In this document: one piece after another, positions 12,922-27,152 of the stretch
Position numbering within the stretch: position 1 is the first letter of the stretch
How the letters are laid out: every line of letters starts with the position of its first letter
Assembly (NCBI GenBank): GCA_964016885.1
Contig: OZ024740.1
Span: 134,788,001 to 134,852,000, forward strand
Origin: Eledone cirrhosa
Taxonomy: Eukaryota
DNA: 64,000 nucleotides
Direction: 5' to 3'
Made by a program: the position numbers and the translations under genes
The notes under the pieces: model-generated
The model's input: the letters and a program-made list of their open reading frames with translations, nothing else
What the model was told of the DNA's origin: nothing
The model's database searches: none

Positions 12922-15060
12922 TCATCACCACCATTTTTACAAGCTTGCATGGGTTGGATAGGACCTTTTCAGCCCAGCATCTTTCCACACACACCGTTCT
13001 TACGTCATCTCCTCTGAGTCTTAACGATTTGAGATCAGCTCTCACCACCTCTACCCAGGTCTTCCTTGGTCTACCTCTCCTGCAGCTTCCTTCCACTGGT
13101 ATTTCCTGGCAATTCTTCACACAGTAATCATCATCTATGTGCATCACATGTCCATATCAACATAGTCTTCTCTCCTGCACACTACCTCTTAAACCTAGTT
13201 TCTTGCTCAGTTCATCCAAGCTCTGCCATCCTCTCATATTTATATTGCACATCCAATGCTTCATTTCTCTCTAGCCTATGCATGTCCTCTACAATCACTA
13301 CCCATGTTTCATTATAATGCAGCATCATACTTCACACACAAGTCATATAGTTGTCCTTTTGTATGTAGGGAGAAACCTTTTGTTGTCAACAGTGGGAGTA
13401 GCCCTCTAAACTTCTTCAATCCTATCTTTATTCTAGCTATTGTGCTCCCAGATCACCCTTATCTACTGCTAATTAAGTCACCTAGATAGCAGGAGCTATC
13501 AACTATTTCTTTGGATCATTCATGTGATTGGAAAAGGTTTATATCACTGACACATTTTCCTTTGATTACACCTGTGCATCTTTTACATACAATGTCTTGC
13601 CTTCCAGTTAGTCTACCCATTATCCTACTGCATCTATTATGTACCCAGGATTTACATTGTATGGAGTTTCTGCCTACTCCTTTCTACATATTGAGCAAGA
13701 CCACTTCCCTGAAGGAATCAGGGTGTTATCTTCATTCCTACTTAATAGCACTCTAGTTTTTCTTAAGTTTACTCTCAGGCCTTTTGATTCCAAATTCTAT
13801 TTCCATAGTTGGAACTTATTCTCTAGTTTTTTTTAATGGATTTAGTTATAAGGACCAGATCATCTGCATAGAGAAGTTTCAATGGACAGCTAGTTTTAAA
13901 CTCTTCTGTTATGGCCTGGAGATGAACAGCAGTGGGCTAAGAACCGAACCTTGAATTCCTCACTAAACTCACTTTACTGACAGCTCCTCTGTACATGGCT
14001 TGCACTGCTCTCACAAGCCATTCTTCTACACCTAATTTCCTTAAGGACCACCAGATAATAGATCAAAGTACTTTGCCAAATGCCTTTTCTAGATGAACAA
14101 AAGCTAAATATAGCTTATTTTTAGCTAGGAACTTCTCTTGTAGTTGCTTCACTAGAAAGAGGCTATCTGTAGTACTTTTCCCAGGCATGAAACCAAACTG
14201 CGTCTCATCTAATTTGACTCTTTCTCTAATTAGCTATGCTATAACTCTTTCCGTCACCTTCATAACTTGGTCCATTAGTTTTATTCCTCTATAGTTGCTC
14301 CTTTCTAGAGCACCACCTTCATCCTTATAGCAATTAATGATTGTACTGCTGTGCCAGTCATTGGGTATGACTCCGTCCTGTATTACCTGACTGACTATGT
14401 GGGTTACTATTTCTTCTCTTTCATCTCCTGATGCTTTTATCATCTCAGCAACCATCTTTGATGGTCCTGCAGTTTTAGCACTCTTCATCTCTTTGATTGC
14501 TTTTCTGACCCTATAACTGTCAATTTCAATAGCTGGTCCTTCTCTACATTCATCAGCCTCTCATAGTAACATTTCCAGGCATCTTTCTTTTGAGCATCCA
14601 TATCATTTCTAACACACTTTACCCCAATAAAATCCTGATTTTTACCAACACACTGCCTTGTAATGCAGAACACTTCATGTCTTTGATTCTCACGTCTCAA
14701 GACATTGGCAAACTTTCTTTTTTCAGCCTCTCTCTGAGCTGTGTATACCTGTCATTTAGCTTCTCTCTTAGCTACCTGGTACCAGTCTCTGCTACCCCCA
14801 TTTTTCCAGTATTTCCATGCCTGTCTCTTGGCTTTAATCCACTTTGTTCTACCATCAGATCACCTTCAATCTGGCTGGTGCTCTACTCCAGCTACAAGTC
14901 TTGTCAGTAGTTTACAAAAGGTTGTCACACAAAAATTCCCAGTTGAGCTCTACGTCATATATATATCTAGATCATCACCTCTTTCATCAAATGCATCCCA
15001 ATATTTAACCGAAGGTCCTTTAACTTCCAAACCTTCTGTCTCCATATTTTGCTTTGTATC
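12922..15060 (-). mobile_element. Degenerate RTE LINE, RT region
   Basis: ORFs 14234..14488 (NYRGIKLMDQVMKVTERV) and 12812..13147 (RRGRPRKTW); many stops and frameshifts. Confidence 0.88.
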
Positions 15061-15202
15061 TTGTTCAGTCTTGTATTCATTCTGATGTCACTAACGAATT
15101 AAAATTATTGAATTGCATAAACGGAAAATTTTATACAGACCTTTATTTGCTTGTTTTCAAGAGAAAAGGAAAAAATGAGTGCACATATGATCAAAGTCTT
15201 TA

Positions 15203-15388
<186 letters not shown>

Positions 15389-17776
15389 CTATGACAAAAA
15401 AAATATATAAAATCCATTTAAAATATTGAAGAAAAATAAAACAAAAATTAAAATATTAAAACCTTTTATATGTTGTCACATACAAATGAAATCATTATCA
15501 TTACCATCACTGTTTTAACACCTGGTTTTCCATACTAGCAAAATTTAGATGGGTATGTAAAACAGGTACCATGATTTTTTATCAAAAGGAATTTTTATTA
15601 AACAACTTTTCAACAAAATGACTTATCAAAACAATTGTTCATAGAATAATTGATAGCCACAAAATAAAAAAAAAAGAATACATTACAATACAATAAAAAA
15701 AATGACTGAAGCACAGTTTCTATAAAAATTTGGGCCATGGAAAACATCACACCCAAGACCTAATGTTCTTAGGTTTAATTTGGTTACTTCATCCACTCTA
15801 AACACTAAATTTCTTAATGAGCCTGCTGTTTATCTTGACAGCTTCATATCTTAACCAAGAACTCATTTACCCACCTATAGTTTTCTCATTGCCTGTTAGA
15901 CTACAGAATGTGAGGCCTTATTCAAGATCTTCCTGAGGTCAAAGAATCTAAGATAGTCATTTTTGTTGACAACAATGTTTTTCAGTTGTCTCAACAAATC
16001 TAGCTCTTTTATGGTCATATCTCTAATGAAATACATTATATTTCAATTAATTAATGAAGGATTTTAAGGGTCACACAAAATTATTAATTATTTTATTACA
16101 AAAACAACAACTTACCATATGGTTCTTAATTATGTCGGATGATGTTTTTTATTAAAGTAGAAACCTTTTAAAATGGGTACTTTTGTTTCATAGAACCAGG
16201 ACTGGTTTTGGCTGAGTCAGTATCAAAAGAGTTAATTTTATGTTCTTTTATAACTTCAAGCTACATCACATTCAGTCTAACTCTATAACAAAGTGACACC
16301 GGATAATATCTGGAAACTAGTGAAGGTCTGTGTTAGCAAATAGCAAACACTCACAATTCACAAACAATAGAAAAAGTTAGTCTGCAGTGAGGAAGAGATG
16401 CCTAATGTTTTGCGCAATGGGCCATCATCAGTTGAATAACACATTACTACCAATACCAAATAAGATATAGAAAATAAATATCATGTAAGTGTTTTGCTCT
16501 GAACTCCTTATTCTTTGGGCCAATTAGAAGTATGTGTGAAGTAAGGGCGAACAGTGAGATGATCACAATAACTAATAATAATGTGTGTCATAAACTATTC
16601 AATCCTGAAATTAACAAATTGTTTTTTGTTCCTAAACAAGTAAACATAAATGACTTTTTGAAAACAATTATAAACATTATTCAAAATGATTTTTTGAAAC
16701 TGTAAAGTAGCATGGGAAACATACTTTTAAAAGCTTTTTACAACTGGAAATCTAATTGGAAGGAAGATGTAGTAAAAGTACTTAAGCAGAAGTGGTGGAA
16801 GTAGATCTCAGGATGCTGAACCTCATAAAGGAGATAACGATGGGCAGAGACATGGGGAAGGAGGGGGTTGCAGTGCTTATGAAATACATTTCAATTAATT
16901 TGAATTTTGAGGGATCTACTAAAATTATTAATTATGTCGATATTAAGATGGTAACTTAACATATGGTTCTTATATAAAATTATGTTGGAAAATTTAAATT
17001 TAAATAAGAACCCTTTAAAATAGGTGGTTTTGTTTAATAGAATTAGAACCAGTTTTATATAAAGAGAGTTAACCCATGCAAGCATGGAAAAAATAGTGTG
17101 AAAACGATGATGGTGATATCCTTTCTAGCACTAAGAAATTGTGATATAGGCATGGAATCTGTTGCCAGTCAGGCAAACTGATGCTTGCAGACTGATGTAA
17201 TTTGATCAGGAATTACTGTTATGTTTGAACATATCACTTTTAATACTTCCCTAAAATCAAATATATATAAAATAAAAAAAAAAAAGATAAGAACAAACTC
17301 ATCTAAACAATTTCCTTGTTTCCATAAATAGATGTGGGAGACTGGTTGAAAATCATATGGTTGTTAACGACAGCCACTATGCTATTCCCCAAGACAAGGT
17401 ACATTACTCTCTATATGTTATTCTTAATTTATTTTAAGAGCTTCGTAGAATGATGTTTGAAATTGATACCCAAATTTATAGGGATAAAAAATGAACAAAA
17501 ATATCCTATGTTAACATAAACTGGGGTACTCCTGAAGACATTATCATGTGAAGATTCAAGAGAAAACTTAAGTATTTACCAGTTGCTATTTCCAAGTATA
17601 CAGGAGGATGAGCTTTATACTGTAAGCGGGTCAAGCACACATTGGTTATAAATTGTTTGTGATGCTTACAACAGTTAGCTGCATTTTATATCCTTATTGT
17701 GCCAATGTAATATCTATGCAGTTACATGAACTGCTAGAAATAACAGCCAATTTCCCCTCAAATCATATCATATTCC

Positions 17777-17995
17777 CTAACCCTTTAGCATTTACATTAC
17801 TCTATATATACTATTATATTTTCATGGCAAAAACTTTACCCCACATAATTATCTCACATAATATCGAATCTATGAGATTTTGATATTATTTATTTTGAGA
17901 ACAATACCTTAACATCAGTATGAGTGGCCAGTCTGAACAGAAAGAGGTGAGTGAATTCTGACCGGATATGGCTGGTTTAAATGCTAAAGGGTTAA
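17777..17995. mobile_element. piggyBac MITE family P1
   Basis: Ends CTAA-CCCTTTAGCATT ... AATGCTAAAGGG-TTAA; body homologous to 441-656 in the opposite orientation. Confidence 0.85.
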
Positions 17996-18774
17996 ATATA
18001 GAAAGGACACTTTGAACAATGTAGTTATGGATATAGAAAAAGATGGCATGGTAACAGCTGAAATATTTTTGATCATAAGTCTGTTGGATTAAAGGGGGGG
18101 GGGGGGGGGGGGGGGCTAAACAACAACCTAATTATAACTAGTTGAACTGGATAAGTGATAGAAGAACACAAACTGTTGATAACCTGTTGTTTGGCAAGCT
18201 TTCTATGGCTGGATGCCCTTCCTATCACTGATAACTTTACAGCATGTACTGGGTGCATATATTGTGTAATAATAGGGAAATCATAATGTCTTTGACACAA
18301 CTGTTGTCGATATGAAGATGTATGCAATAAACTACACATACACATATATAATGGGCTTCTTTACAGTTTCTGTTTACCAAATTCCACCCACAAGGCATTG
18401 GTTGACCTGAAGATATAGTAGAAACACTTTTTCAAAATGCCACGCAGTGAGATGGACATCTTGGACAAATGTCTTCTACTTGTCTTTGGTTGACAAATGT
18501 ATCATGAGTAAATTTGGTAGTCAAACAAATTGCAACGAAATCTTAATTGCACATTAGCATTTGACCATTGATCTTAGTTACAGATTCCAGTATCTTATTA
18601 ACTAAGCTATACTAACTAGTGAGAATGATTACCATGTTAACGAACTGGGAAGTACATAATTCTAAATAAATATTTACTTCTGTTGATAGGTTCTATGAGT
18701 GCCTTATCTGAAGTTTTCCATAAGTTTAATTTAATATTCTTATTCATTTTGGTACTGCTAATATACTATTAATT

Positions 18775-18960
18775 CATCATCATCATTGTGACCACAGTCG
18801 GACATTCCTGACAAAGTCTCTCCACAATTCACAATTTTCAACTGCTCCTTACTGAGTTTTGTATCATTTGAGAGTTGATCGATGAAGGTTTGAGCAGGTC
18901 TTCCTCTACTACATCTCCCATGAGTTGGTTCCCACAATAGTAGCTTGTGTATAACTGACA
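18775..18960 (-). mobile_element. LINE 3'-end fragment (RTE-like, LLLWEP.HG..SRGRP)
   Basis: ORF 18758..18961 and a (CAT)n tail. Confidence 0.6.
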
Positions 18961-19585
18961 ACAGTTGTAGACAGCCACTATGCTCTTACACTTATTGCAG
19001 TTTTCATAATCTGTTGTGGTTAAATGATTAACCCTAACCACCTGTAGGGTTTGAATCCCTGCTAGAACAGATACTACAAGGTATCTCATCCAATAATCTA
19101 TCAATTCTGCCAATCCACCCTCATGGACTGGTACTTTATCTTACTGATTCTGAAAGGATGAAAGGCAAAGTTGACCTCCAGAGGAATTGAACTTATAGCT
19201 GGAAAATAGTACAAGATATTCTGTCTGATGTTCTAACTGCCAATTTGTTGCTTTGTCACATTTTCTTATCCATTCAAGTATTTTTCCTTCAGTGCAACTC
19301 AAAAAGTCCCAATGCTTTCTTTCATCTTGGGGATGCTATAATTGGGTATCAAAGTAGAGCTCCAAGAAGGAGTGATAAGCACAGTTTGACCACACAAAAA
19401 TCCACTTTTTGCTTCATCATTTTCATGTTAAAATACATTTTTCTGAGGACAATTAAACATATTTGAAGGTTCTGGATGTGAACTTTCTTGTCAATATCCA
19501 ACACTTACATATCATATATACAACAACAAAAGATGCTCAAATTTTACTGCGTGAAAGAAAAGAAAAAAAAAGGAATATTTCTTAC

Positions 19586-19724
19586 TTTTCGGCCCCAATT
19601 TAAAAGATCATCTAATCGAGCAAGAACATAGTCAACTTTATCACTAGGGTTCTGGAAGGGAGATACAATCTGACGCTTCTTCGCTGGTGCTGGAACCGTA
19701 CTTTGTTGGCAAGAGGGCACCAAA
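19586..19724 (-). CDS. NDUFS7: NDUFS7 coding exon 3 (LVPSCQQ...DYVLARLDDLLNWGRK)
   Basis: Flanked by tctctttcag| and |gtaag, 139 nt. The end matches the conserved YV-A-LDDL-NW-R segment of PSST. Confidence 0.93.
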
Positions 19725-21295
19725 CTGAAAGAGATAAATATACAAAATATATAAATGTAACAGAGGTTTTTTTTTGTATAAATTCTCAGAGATTTTATCC
19801 AACACTAAGAAAATAAATAAAATGATGATGTTTAATTATAATAAATAATCTAAGAATCTAAACTGGAATAAATTCACAAAAACAATGATGTCTGTTGAAA
19901 AAAAAACAACATACTAGTTCTAATGATGGATCCTTTGCTGACTTTGATGACAAGCATTCAGTCATTTTATTAACTGAATGTCCTGCTTTTTATTTTCAAG
20001 AACTCAGTAATCTGTGTTTTATCAACATTAATGTGTTATAAACTTAAATTTAAGGATCAATTAGAAATAAATGGATATTTTTTAATCTACACTATGTTTT
20101 GATGGGTCTATTCAGACATCAATGTCATTCTAGATCTACTTTTCTATGCTGGCATTGATTGGATGAGCCATTAGGCTTTTTGAGTCAGTTCTATTTGGTG
20201 TCACTGGCCTCATAGAGGTCAAGAACCACATTTCATCCATACATGTCATTTTTTTGGCATCGTTTCTAGTTGTATGTCTTTCTTATTACAAACCACTGTA
20301 CAGAGTGTACTGGGTACATTTTGTAATAGCACCAACACAAGAGAGATTGTCATGCCTTCAGCAAGACTACAGAATTCTCTCTACCCTATGTTGTCTTCAT
20401 TTATTTGTTCTTCAGAACTAGAGTAGTTTGTACTTTCTACCCAACATTGTTTTCATTCGTTTACCAACACTAAAGAGTTTGTCTCAACATTCAGAAAGCT
20501 AGAAAGTGTCATCTCTTCTATGCATTATCTCTGTTTACTTGTTCCTTTCTTTCTCAGATACCTGGGTATGCGAGAAGGGACATTATCTATTATATCACTG
20601 ATATAAATGAAGTAGTGTATGATTGGGCTACAGTCTTTTCCACCTTGCATTGGTTTGGGTTAAAAAGGTTTTTCCTCCTTTATTGGTTTTTATTCTTATT
20701 GCTCATAGGTTAATGTGTTTGGATTGATGTCAAAAGGGAATGGTGTAAGCTATGTAGAGGTTCATAGTAGTAAGACCACTATGAATAAGGGTTGCCTCTG
20801 TTCTTGCCCATAATGATAGCCTTTTATGTTTGGGATTTTTTTAGAAATAGCCTAGTATCCCTTTTAATATCATACCTTTGTTATCAGGGTGTTTATAGCT
20901 GTAGTGAAGACCACTTACTATAAGGGGTTGGCTCTATATTAGAGTGAAATTATATGATATAGTAGGGGATTTTACAAAGATAGCCTAGTATCATCTCCAT
21001 ATCAAAATTAAGTTTATCATGAGTAGGAGAGGTGGCTTTTTGGGATGTAACAAAAAATAGGCAAATGGCTGTACAAAATATATACTTAAAATTAAATACC
21101 CACATTTACCCAGCTTAAAATATGTACACTGTATCCCTGGGTGTAATAAGAGGCGACTAAAAGCTAACACCAGGGAAAATGGACTTAGAGTATGTGCTTG
21201 ATATACATTAATATGAAATGACAACCATTTTCATTAGGAAAATGAGTGTCATTTTGTAGCCAATGGTGTAATCTTGCATGCTAAATTCAACTCTT

Positions 21296-22622
21296 AAAAA
21301 TAATAATGAAATTATTGTGTACAGTGCTCAGGTACACTACAACTCATCAAAGGTGCATGTATAGTACATAGAATAATGTACAAACGTCAGGAAAATGAAC
21401 AGTGTATGAGTCATGATATAATAATAATAACAATAATGAAATATTGTGTACAGTGCCCAGGTGCACCACAACTCATCAAAAAAGTGCATGTACAGTACAT
21501 AGGGCAATGCACAAACATCAGTAAAATGAACAGTGCACGAGTCATGATACACACGTGTGCATGTGTATGGAAGGGGTACATCAGGTGTAGTTTTGGCGTA
21601 TTTCGGGAAGCATGAGTGTCTTAAAGGATGCAGTGTCTCGGCAGCTAACAATTGACGCAGGCAGTTTGTTTCATGCTTCAGCAACTCTGAGCGTGAAAAA
21701 ATATCTACGAAAGTCATGGGAGCTGTGCTGTTTTCTGATCTTGTAGGCATGTCCACGTGTGTTAGACACATGGAGATCAAAGAGGCGCTCAGGGTTGCAA
21801 TTGGCGAGATGGTTAAAAACTTTGTGGGTATTCACCAAGTCCATTGCCAGACGTCGGAGCTTCAATGAATCCATGCCCAGGGAAGCAAGGCGTTCAGAGT
21901 ATGGTAGGTGTCTGATGGAGGGTATGCGCTTGGTTGCACGTCTCTGAACAGTTTCCAGGAGGTCAATGTTCTGAGCAAGATAGGGGTTCCAGACTGATGA
22001 TGCGAATTCCAAGTGTGGTCGTACCATAGCTGTATACAGTTTTAAATAGATGGCTGGAGAGCGGCTAACAAAGGTCTTGCTGAGTGATGCCAAGACACCC
22101 TCGGCCTTCTTGACAATCTTAGAGACATGCTTTGTCCAACGCAAATCGTTGCTGACAGTAATGCCCAGGTCACGTTCACAAGAGGACTTTTTGATATCAG
22201 TGTTGTGGAGGGAGTATGTGGACGCTGGATTTTTCCTTCCAAAATGCATGGTGGTACACTTGTCCACAGCCAGCTTCAGTTGCCAGTCTGTGATCCATTG
22301 CTGCATTGTGTCCAGGTCTGATTGTAGGAAAGAGTTGTAAATTTCAGGATCAGTCCTTTTGATTTCAAGGTACAGCTTGATGTCATCTGCATATTTCAGT
22401 ACCGTGGCATTCTGTAAGTTGGCATCTATGTCATTAATATATGCCACAAACAAAAGAGGACCAAGAACAGATCCCTGTGGTACACCAGATGACATCTCAT
22501 ATGGTGAAGAATGCTGTCCTAGAACCGTGACTACTTCTTTTCGGCTGAGAATGAAGGATTTCAACCAGTCGAAAAGATCATCCCTCACACCCATTGCAGA
22601 GAGTTTTGCCATAAGTCTTTTT
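21296..22622 (-). mobile_element. 5'-truncated CR1/L2-group LINE, RT C-terminal half nearly intact
   Basis: ORF 21671..22642 has SGVPQGSVLGPLLF, KYADD, LY..MVRPHLEF and RGH.YK. A single TGA at the conserved W is followed in frame by NKLPASIV...NYT*; (ATT)n tail. Confidence 0.93.
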
Positions 22623-23662
22623 CTTCTTACTAATAACTGCATTGCTTCTTTCCAGGTAAACTGACATCTGACTGTTCAAAAAATATTTCAAAAATAACTA
22701 GTAATGACTTCTCGTCAAAATGGACAAAACCTGGCATTGTGGTGTTATAAATGTTAGGGATGAAAAAATAATTGCCACAGTATTCAAGTATATAAGATAT
22801 CTTGAGATTAAACTTAGTCAAGGATATGTAAATGTTTGCTAGCATGGAGAACAGATATTAAATGACGATTGTACATGATGAACTGAAGATAGACTAATTA
22901 AAATTGGAGTTAAATAGAAGCACAAAAAAATTTGTAGGCTGCCAAACATTTAAGAAATATTTACCTTTCAGGGAGTGAGACAGTTGTAGGTAGTGGAATT
23001 AGAGAACAAGAACAAAAATACATTCCATTTTTGGCATAGTTTCAACAGACAGATGCCCATCCTGATATCAACCACTTCACAAAGTATACTGGGTATATAT
23101 TATCATGGCACCAGTACTAGAGCAATTGCCATGTCCATGATGTGGTTGAAGAGCTCCCTCAACTTGTTTGGCAGGATTTCTACAGCTGTACACCCCCCTT
23201 AATGCCAATCATTTTACAGAATGTATTGCATCAACACTTTAGAGTTTGTCATGTCCATGTCATGGCTAAAGAGTTCTCTCAACCATTTTGGGGTGGTTCC
23301 TATAGCTGAATGTCTTTCCTAAAGCCAACCACTTTACAATGTACACTGGGTGCATGTTATCATGACACAGCATTAATCAAAGGTATCTTCGTCATAAAGT
23401 GTTTAACCAAAATTCTATAGAATTATTCAATCACCTACATTTTGAAAAATGCATGTAAAATAAAAACTGATAGTGAAAAATATATTAAATTTCAAACGTA
23501 CAAGTGTGATGTGGTCCTCTGACACATCTAAGGGAGCAGTAACTCCTCCACCCACCCCAAAAAATGACTCAAACTGTAATAGAAAGTAGATGGAAAATGA
23601 TGAAGATACTAAAATTTCATTGCACACATTAAAAACACTTTAACAAATGTTGGTGTACTTAC

Positions 23663-23777
23663 CTTAAATTATCTTTTTTCTGTTCTTCATTCCTCAGCAT
23701 TAGCGGTCTGCATTGACTAAGGAGTGGTGACCTTGTTGATAATGCAAGGCGGTTGAAACAGCCACCTAGCTGCAAAA
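23663..23777 (-). CDS. NDUFS7: NDUFS7 coding exon 2 (mitochondrial presequence region, (V)LQLGGCFNRLALSTRSPLLSQCRPLMLRNEEQKKDNL(S))
   Basis: Flanked by aattttcttttag| and |gtaagt. Its 115 nt (1 mod 3) bridge phase 1 to phase 2 with an open frame. The R/S/L-rich sequence fits a transit peptide. An alternative in-frame acceptor would start the exon at 23765. Confidence 0.75.
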
Positions 23778-24559
23778 CTAAAAGAAAATTCATATTCATA
23801 TTATATTATATTATATATATATATATATATATAGATATATATATATAGAGAGAGAGAGATAATAATAAGAATAATTTATTTTTGCTGAGATAGATTGGAT
23901 AAGTTTGCAATAAAGTAAATTTTGTGTTTATTCTACATCACTAAACCTAAGGGGTCTGATGTTTTCAGGCGTGAATTGTCCTTACTTATTATTTAGTGCC
24001 TTCTGATCTGCATTTACTGAAGTTATACTCTTCTATCAATTTATGGTAAAAAAAAAATTACACTCATATTTAAACAGCATGTCTCAGTTATACCTCTTGG
24101 ACAAGATGGCAAAAGTCTTGTCACAGGGAACACCAAGCGTAATCTGCTGCACTAGCTATTCCCTCCTTCTTCAGATGTAATGTCCCTATCCCAATTTGGC
24201 TAAGGAAAACAGTAGTCCAAGGACTAAGGATGAGACTTCAACAGTGACTGGTATGAAATGGGACCATCCATTAATGACTGATATTTAATCACTTTCTGCT
24301 GCTCTACATTGTGGCTGGCAATACTTACGTTTTTAGTCAAAGTTGGAAATGGAAAATGTGTCATAAATTATGGTGCTCCAGGCAGGTTTTTTCCCCCAAC
24401 ATATATCATCCATAACTATACACAATTAAAACTATCATAAATATCTATCCTGCACTCATCAGACTAATATATTTGCAAGTTTTTCAATCCACTTGCATTC
24501 AATTGTTTTTGTAAATTAGCACCTGTTCATTATTTTCATGAATATGAGTGACATGCACA

Positions 24560-25260
24560 GCCAGGTTGGAATTGGTACTGATAGGTGTAAAATCAGTCGG
24601 CTGGAATTTGCAGATGATTTAATTTGACAAAAGGAGGTGATCTCTGACTTGCATTTGATAGGTTTGATGCCGAGTGAGGCATGACTGGAATGAAAATCAG
24701 TGTTGCAAAAACCTGCGCAGTGCACTCTACTTGTGAATGGAGTTCCACTGAAGCAGGAGGAGAAGTTCAAGTATCTCAGGGCTGTGTTCATGAGTGATGG
24801 AAGGCAAGAGATTGAATTAAATGCAAGAATTTGGTAATCAGAAGGGAGATAGGTGTGAAAGCCAAACTTGCTTTCTTCAGTTCAGTAATCAGGCCAACCC
24901 TTACCCATGGTCATGAATCTTGGGTAATGACTAAAAGAATACAATCGTGAATACAAGTGGTTGGAACCTCTCTGAATTGAGAGATCACAGCTCCGATACT
25001 ATGGGCATAAGGTTAGAATGTCTCAGGAAAGAATTGCTGGACAGATTTTACAGGCAAACCCAACTGGCAAGAGACCTAGGGGTAGACCCCAAGCAAGATG
25101 GTTGGATAATATTCATGAACATGGCTGGTCTCACTTGAGAATCCAGCCAAATCAGTTAGAAATGGTTGCTTCTGACAACTCGTTGGAAAGAGTGTTTGAG
25201 GACTCTGCCCCCATGACCCTCTCAGGAATAAGTCGGCAAAGAAGAAGGGCATGGCACCCA
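24560..25260 (+). mobile_element. Degenerate RTE-like LINE of a different family
   Basis: FADDL, EKFKYL and GKRPRGRP..RW remnants (ORF 25018..25263). Confidence 0.7.
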
Positions 25261-26966
25261 TAAATGACCATGCTGAGCACCTATACTTCATTGTTATATT
25301 CATGAAATCAGTATCTTACCATCTAGCTTTTGTAAATATATATACATCTTACTCATGCTAGTGTGGAAGATAGACGTTAAACGATGATGATGATGATATC
25401 ATCATCATCATCATCATCGTTTAACATCTATTTTTCATGCACATGGAAAGGCGGCTCTTCTGTATTATTGCATAATGCCGCCAAAGATCTCGATCTTGTG
25501 TCATTGTTTTTGAGAGATTTGATTGCACAAGGTCAGCTTTTATCATCTCATCTCAGGTCTTCCTACTCCATAGCTTCCATCAACTTTGATCGCCCTGTAC
25601 CTTTTTATACAGCTGTCATCCTTCATACACATCGCATGGCCATACCAACACAATCTCATCTCTAGCATACTGCATCAGATCCTTCTTATGCCCAATTTCT
25701 CTCACATATAGGTAAACATGTATCTACAGCAGAGGTGTACAACTGTATATATTTCTTTCATTATGTTGTTTAGTTCTTGCATCTAGCATTAAAACCATTA
25801 ACATACATCTTATTTTTCATACATGATGAATTTAGGATTACATTCTTCAGCTGGAAGGATGCAATTTGGGAGAGAACTGGCTGCTACACCTAGTTGTTAT
25901 ATCCTATATGCTTCACTCACATTTAGATTTCTTAGACTGCAACAGATTATATAAGAATGATACCCTGTTAAAAACATTACCTTGTTGACAAATGTAAAGT
26001 TTGTTTTAGGTTAAGAACTACATTCCTTTACAAGAAATTCTAGTTTGGTAAACGTCAAATCTACACCTGTCATATACTAACTTTTTCTAAAACTATTATA
26101 CATACCCATGACAATACAGTCACAATCCACAAAGACTCTCAAACACATGCATAGGTTCAGATTCAATTAACTTCTCCCTGGATAGGTTACCAGAAACGAT
26201 TCCCATTGTTGGAACCATAGTTGACTAGTAAAATTTTATTGCAATTTTCTTGTTTAAAGCTGCACATCATTTTTATTTTCAACTTATATAAATTTTACTA
26301 CATATATATATAGTTTGATAGTTTTGTATTTTGCATTTGTCAGCCACAAAAGCAAATTCATCAATTGACTGATGCAGCACTTGAAGGCCAAACCAGCATA
26401 AAAAAGAAAGATACCAACATGTTCATAGATAAAACATTATAGAAAAGAAATTACAATGTTTTTCCTCTTAAAAAAATCATAACATAATAACTAGAGTTCT
26501 TGTAGATATTATAAAATGGCAATATAATGGTTTTTACCTCAAAGCTTCACAATGACACCTTAAGAATCCACCTTAAAATTCCAAATCCGGTAGAATATAA
26601 AAGGACCTTTGAGAGTTAAGTTACCTATGCTATGCTTCAAATGATTTAAAATATTGATAACAGCAGTGCCTCTGTTGCCAACAAAGAGTTTTTCTTAGTG
26701 TCTAATAATCAGTGTATATTACAAAAGAAGTATAAGGTTGAATGTGGAAGATCTATGGATGCTAGAAACATAAAGCTATTATGATCCAATGGATGAGTCA
26801 TGTTAATCTGCATGAAAGACAGCATAACTGAGCAAGTAGCTGGTTATTAAAGACATAAGATGATAATGTATTCAGGGGACAGCTGCAATGGTACAGGCAT
26901 GTGAATCAGTGATAATTGCTAAAAAATAATGAAGTCAAATATTTGAATGTTGAACCTTACAGATGA

Positions 26967-27152
26967 AATAATTGTTTCTACTTTTGGTACAAGGCCAGCA
27001 ATTACCCAGTACATTACTGGTACTTTATTTTATCGACCCCGTAAGGATGAAAGGCAAAGTTAACCTCGACGGGATTTAAACTCAGACCGTAAAGGGACGT
27101 AACTATGCTGGAAAGCATGGCGTCCGACTCTCTACCGATACTGCCAATCCAC
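26967..27152 (-). mobile_element. tRNA-derived SINE family B (~190 bp)
   Basis: A-box TGGCAGTATCGG, B-box-like GAGTTTAAATCCC and central GCCTTTCATCCTTACGGGGTCGATAAAATAAAGTACCAG. Near-identical copies at 46088, 54351 and 60723. Confidence 0.85.

Noticed and set aside
18094-18115. Poly-G tract (also ~51065-51085) as a functional G-quadruplex
   Set aside because: These are homopolymer expansions inside decayed repeats; their length is error-prone and there is no other support.
21671-22642. Longest ORF (323 aa) as a host or domesticated gene
   Set aside because: It is a 5'-truncated LINE RT with a retrotransposon tail. The listed start lies in flanking DNA and there is a premature stop at a conserved Trp.
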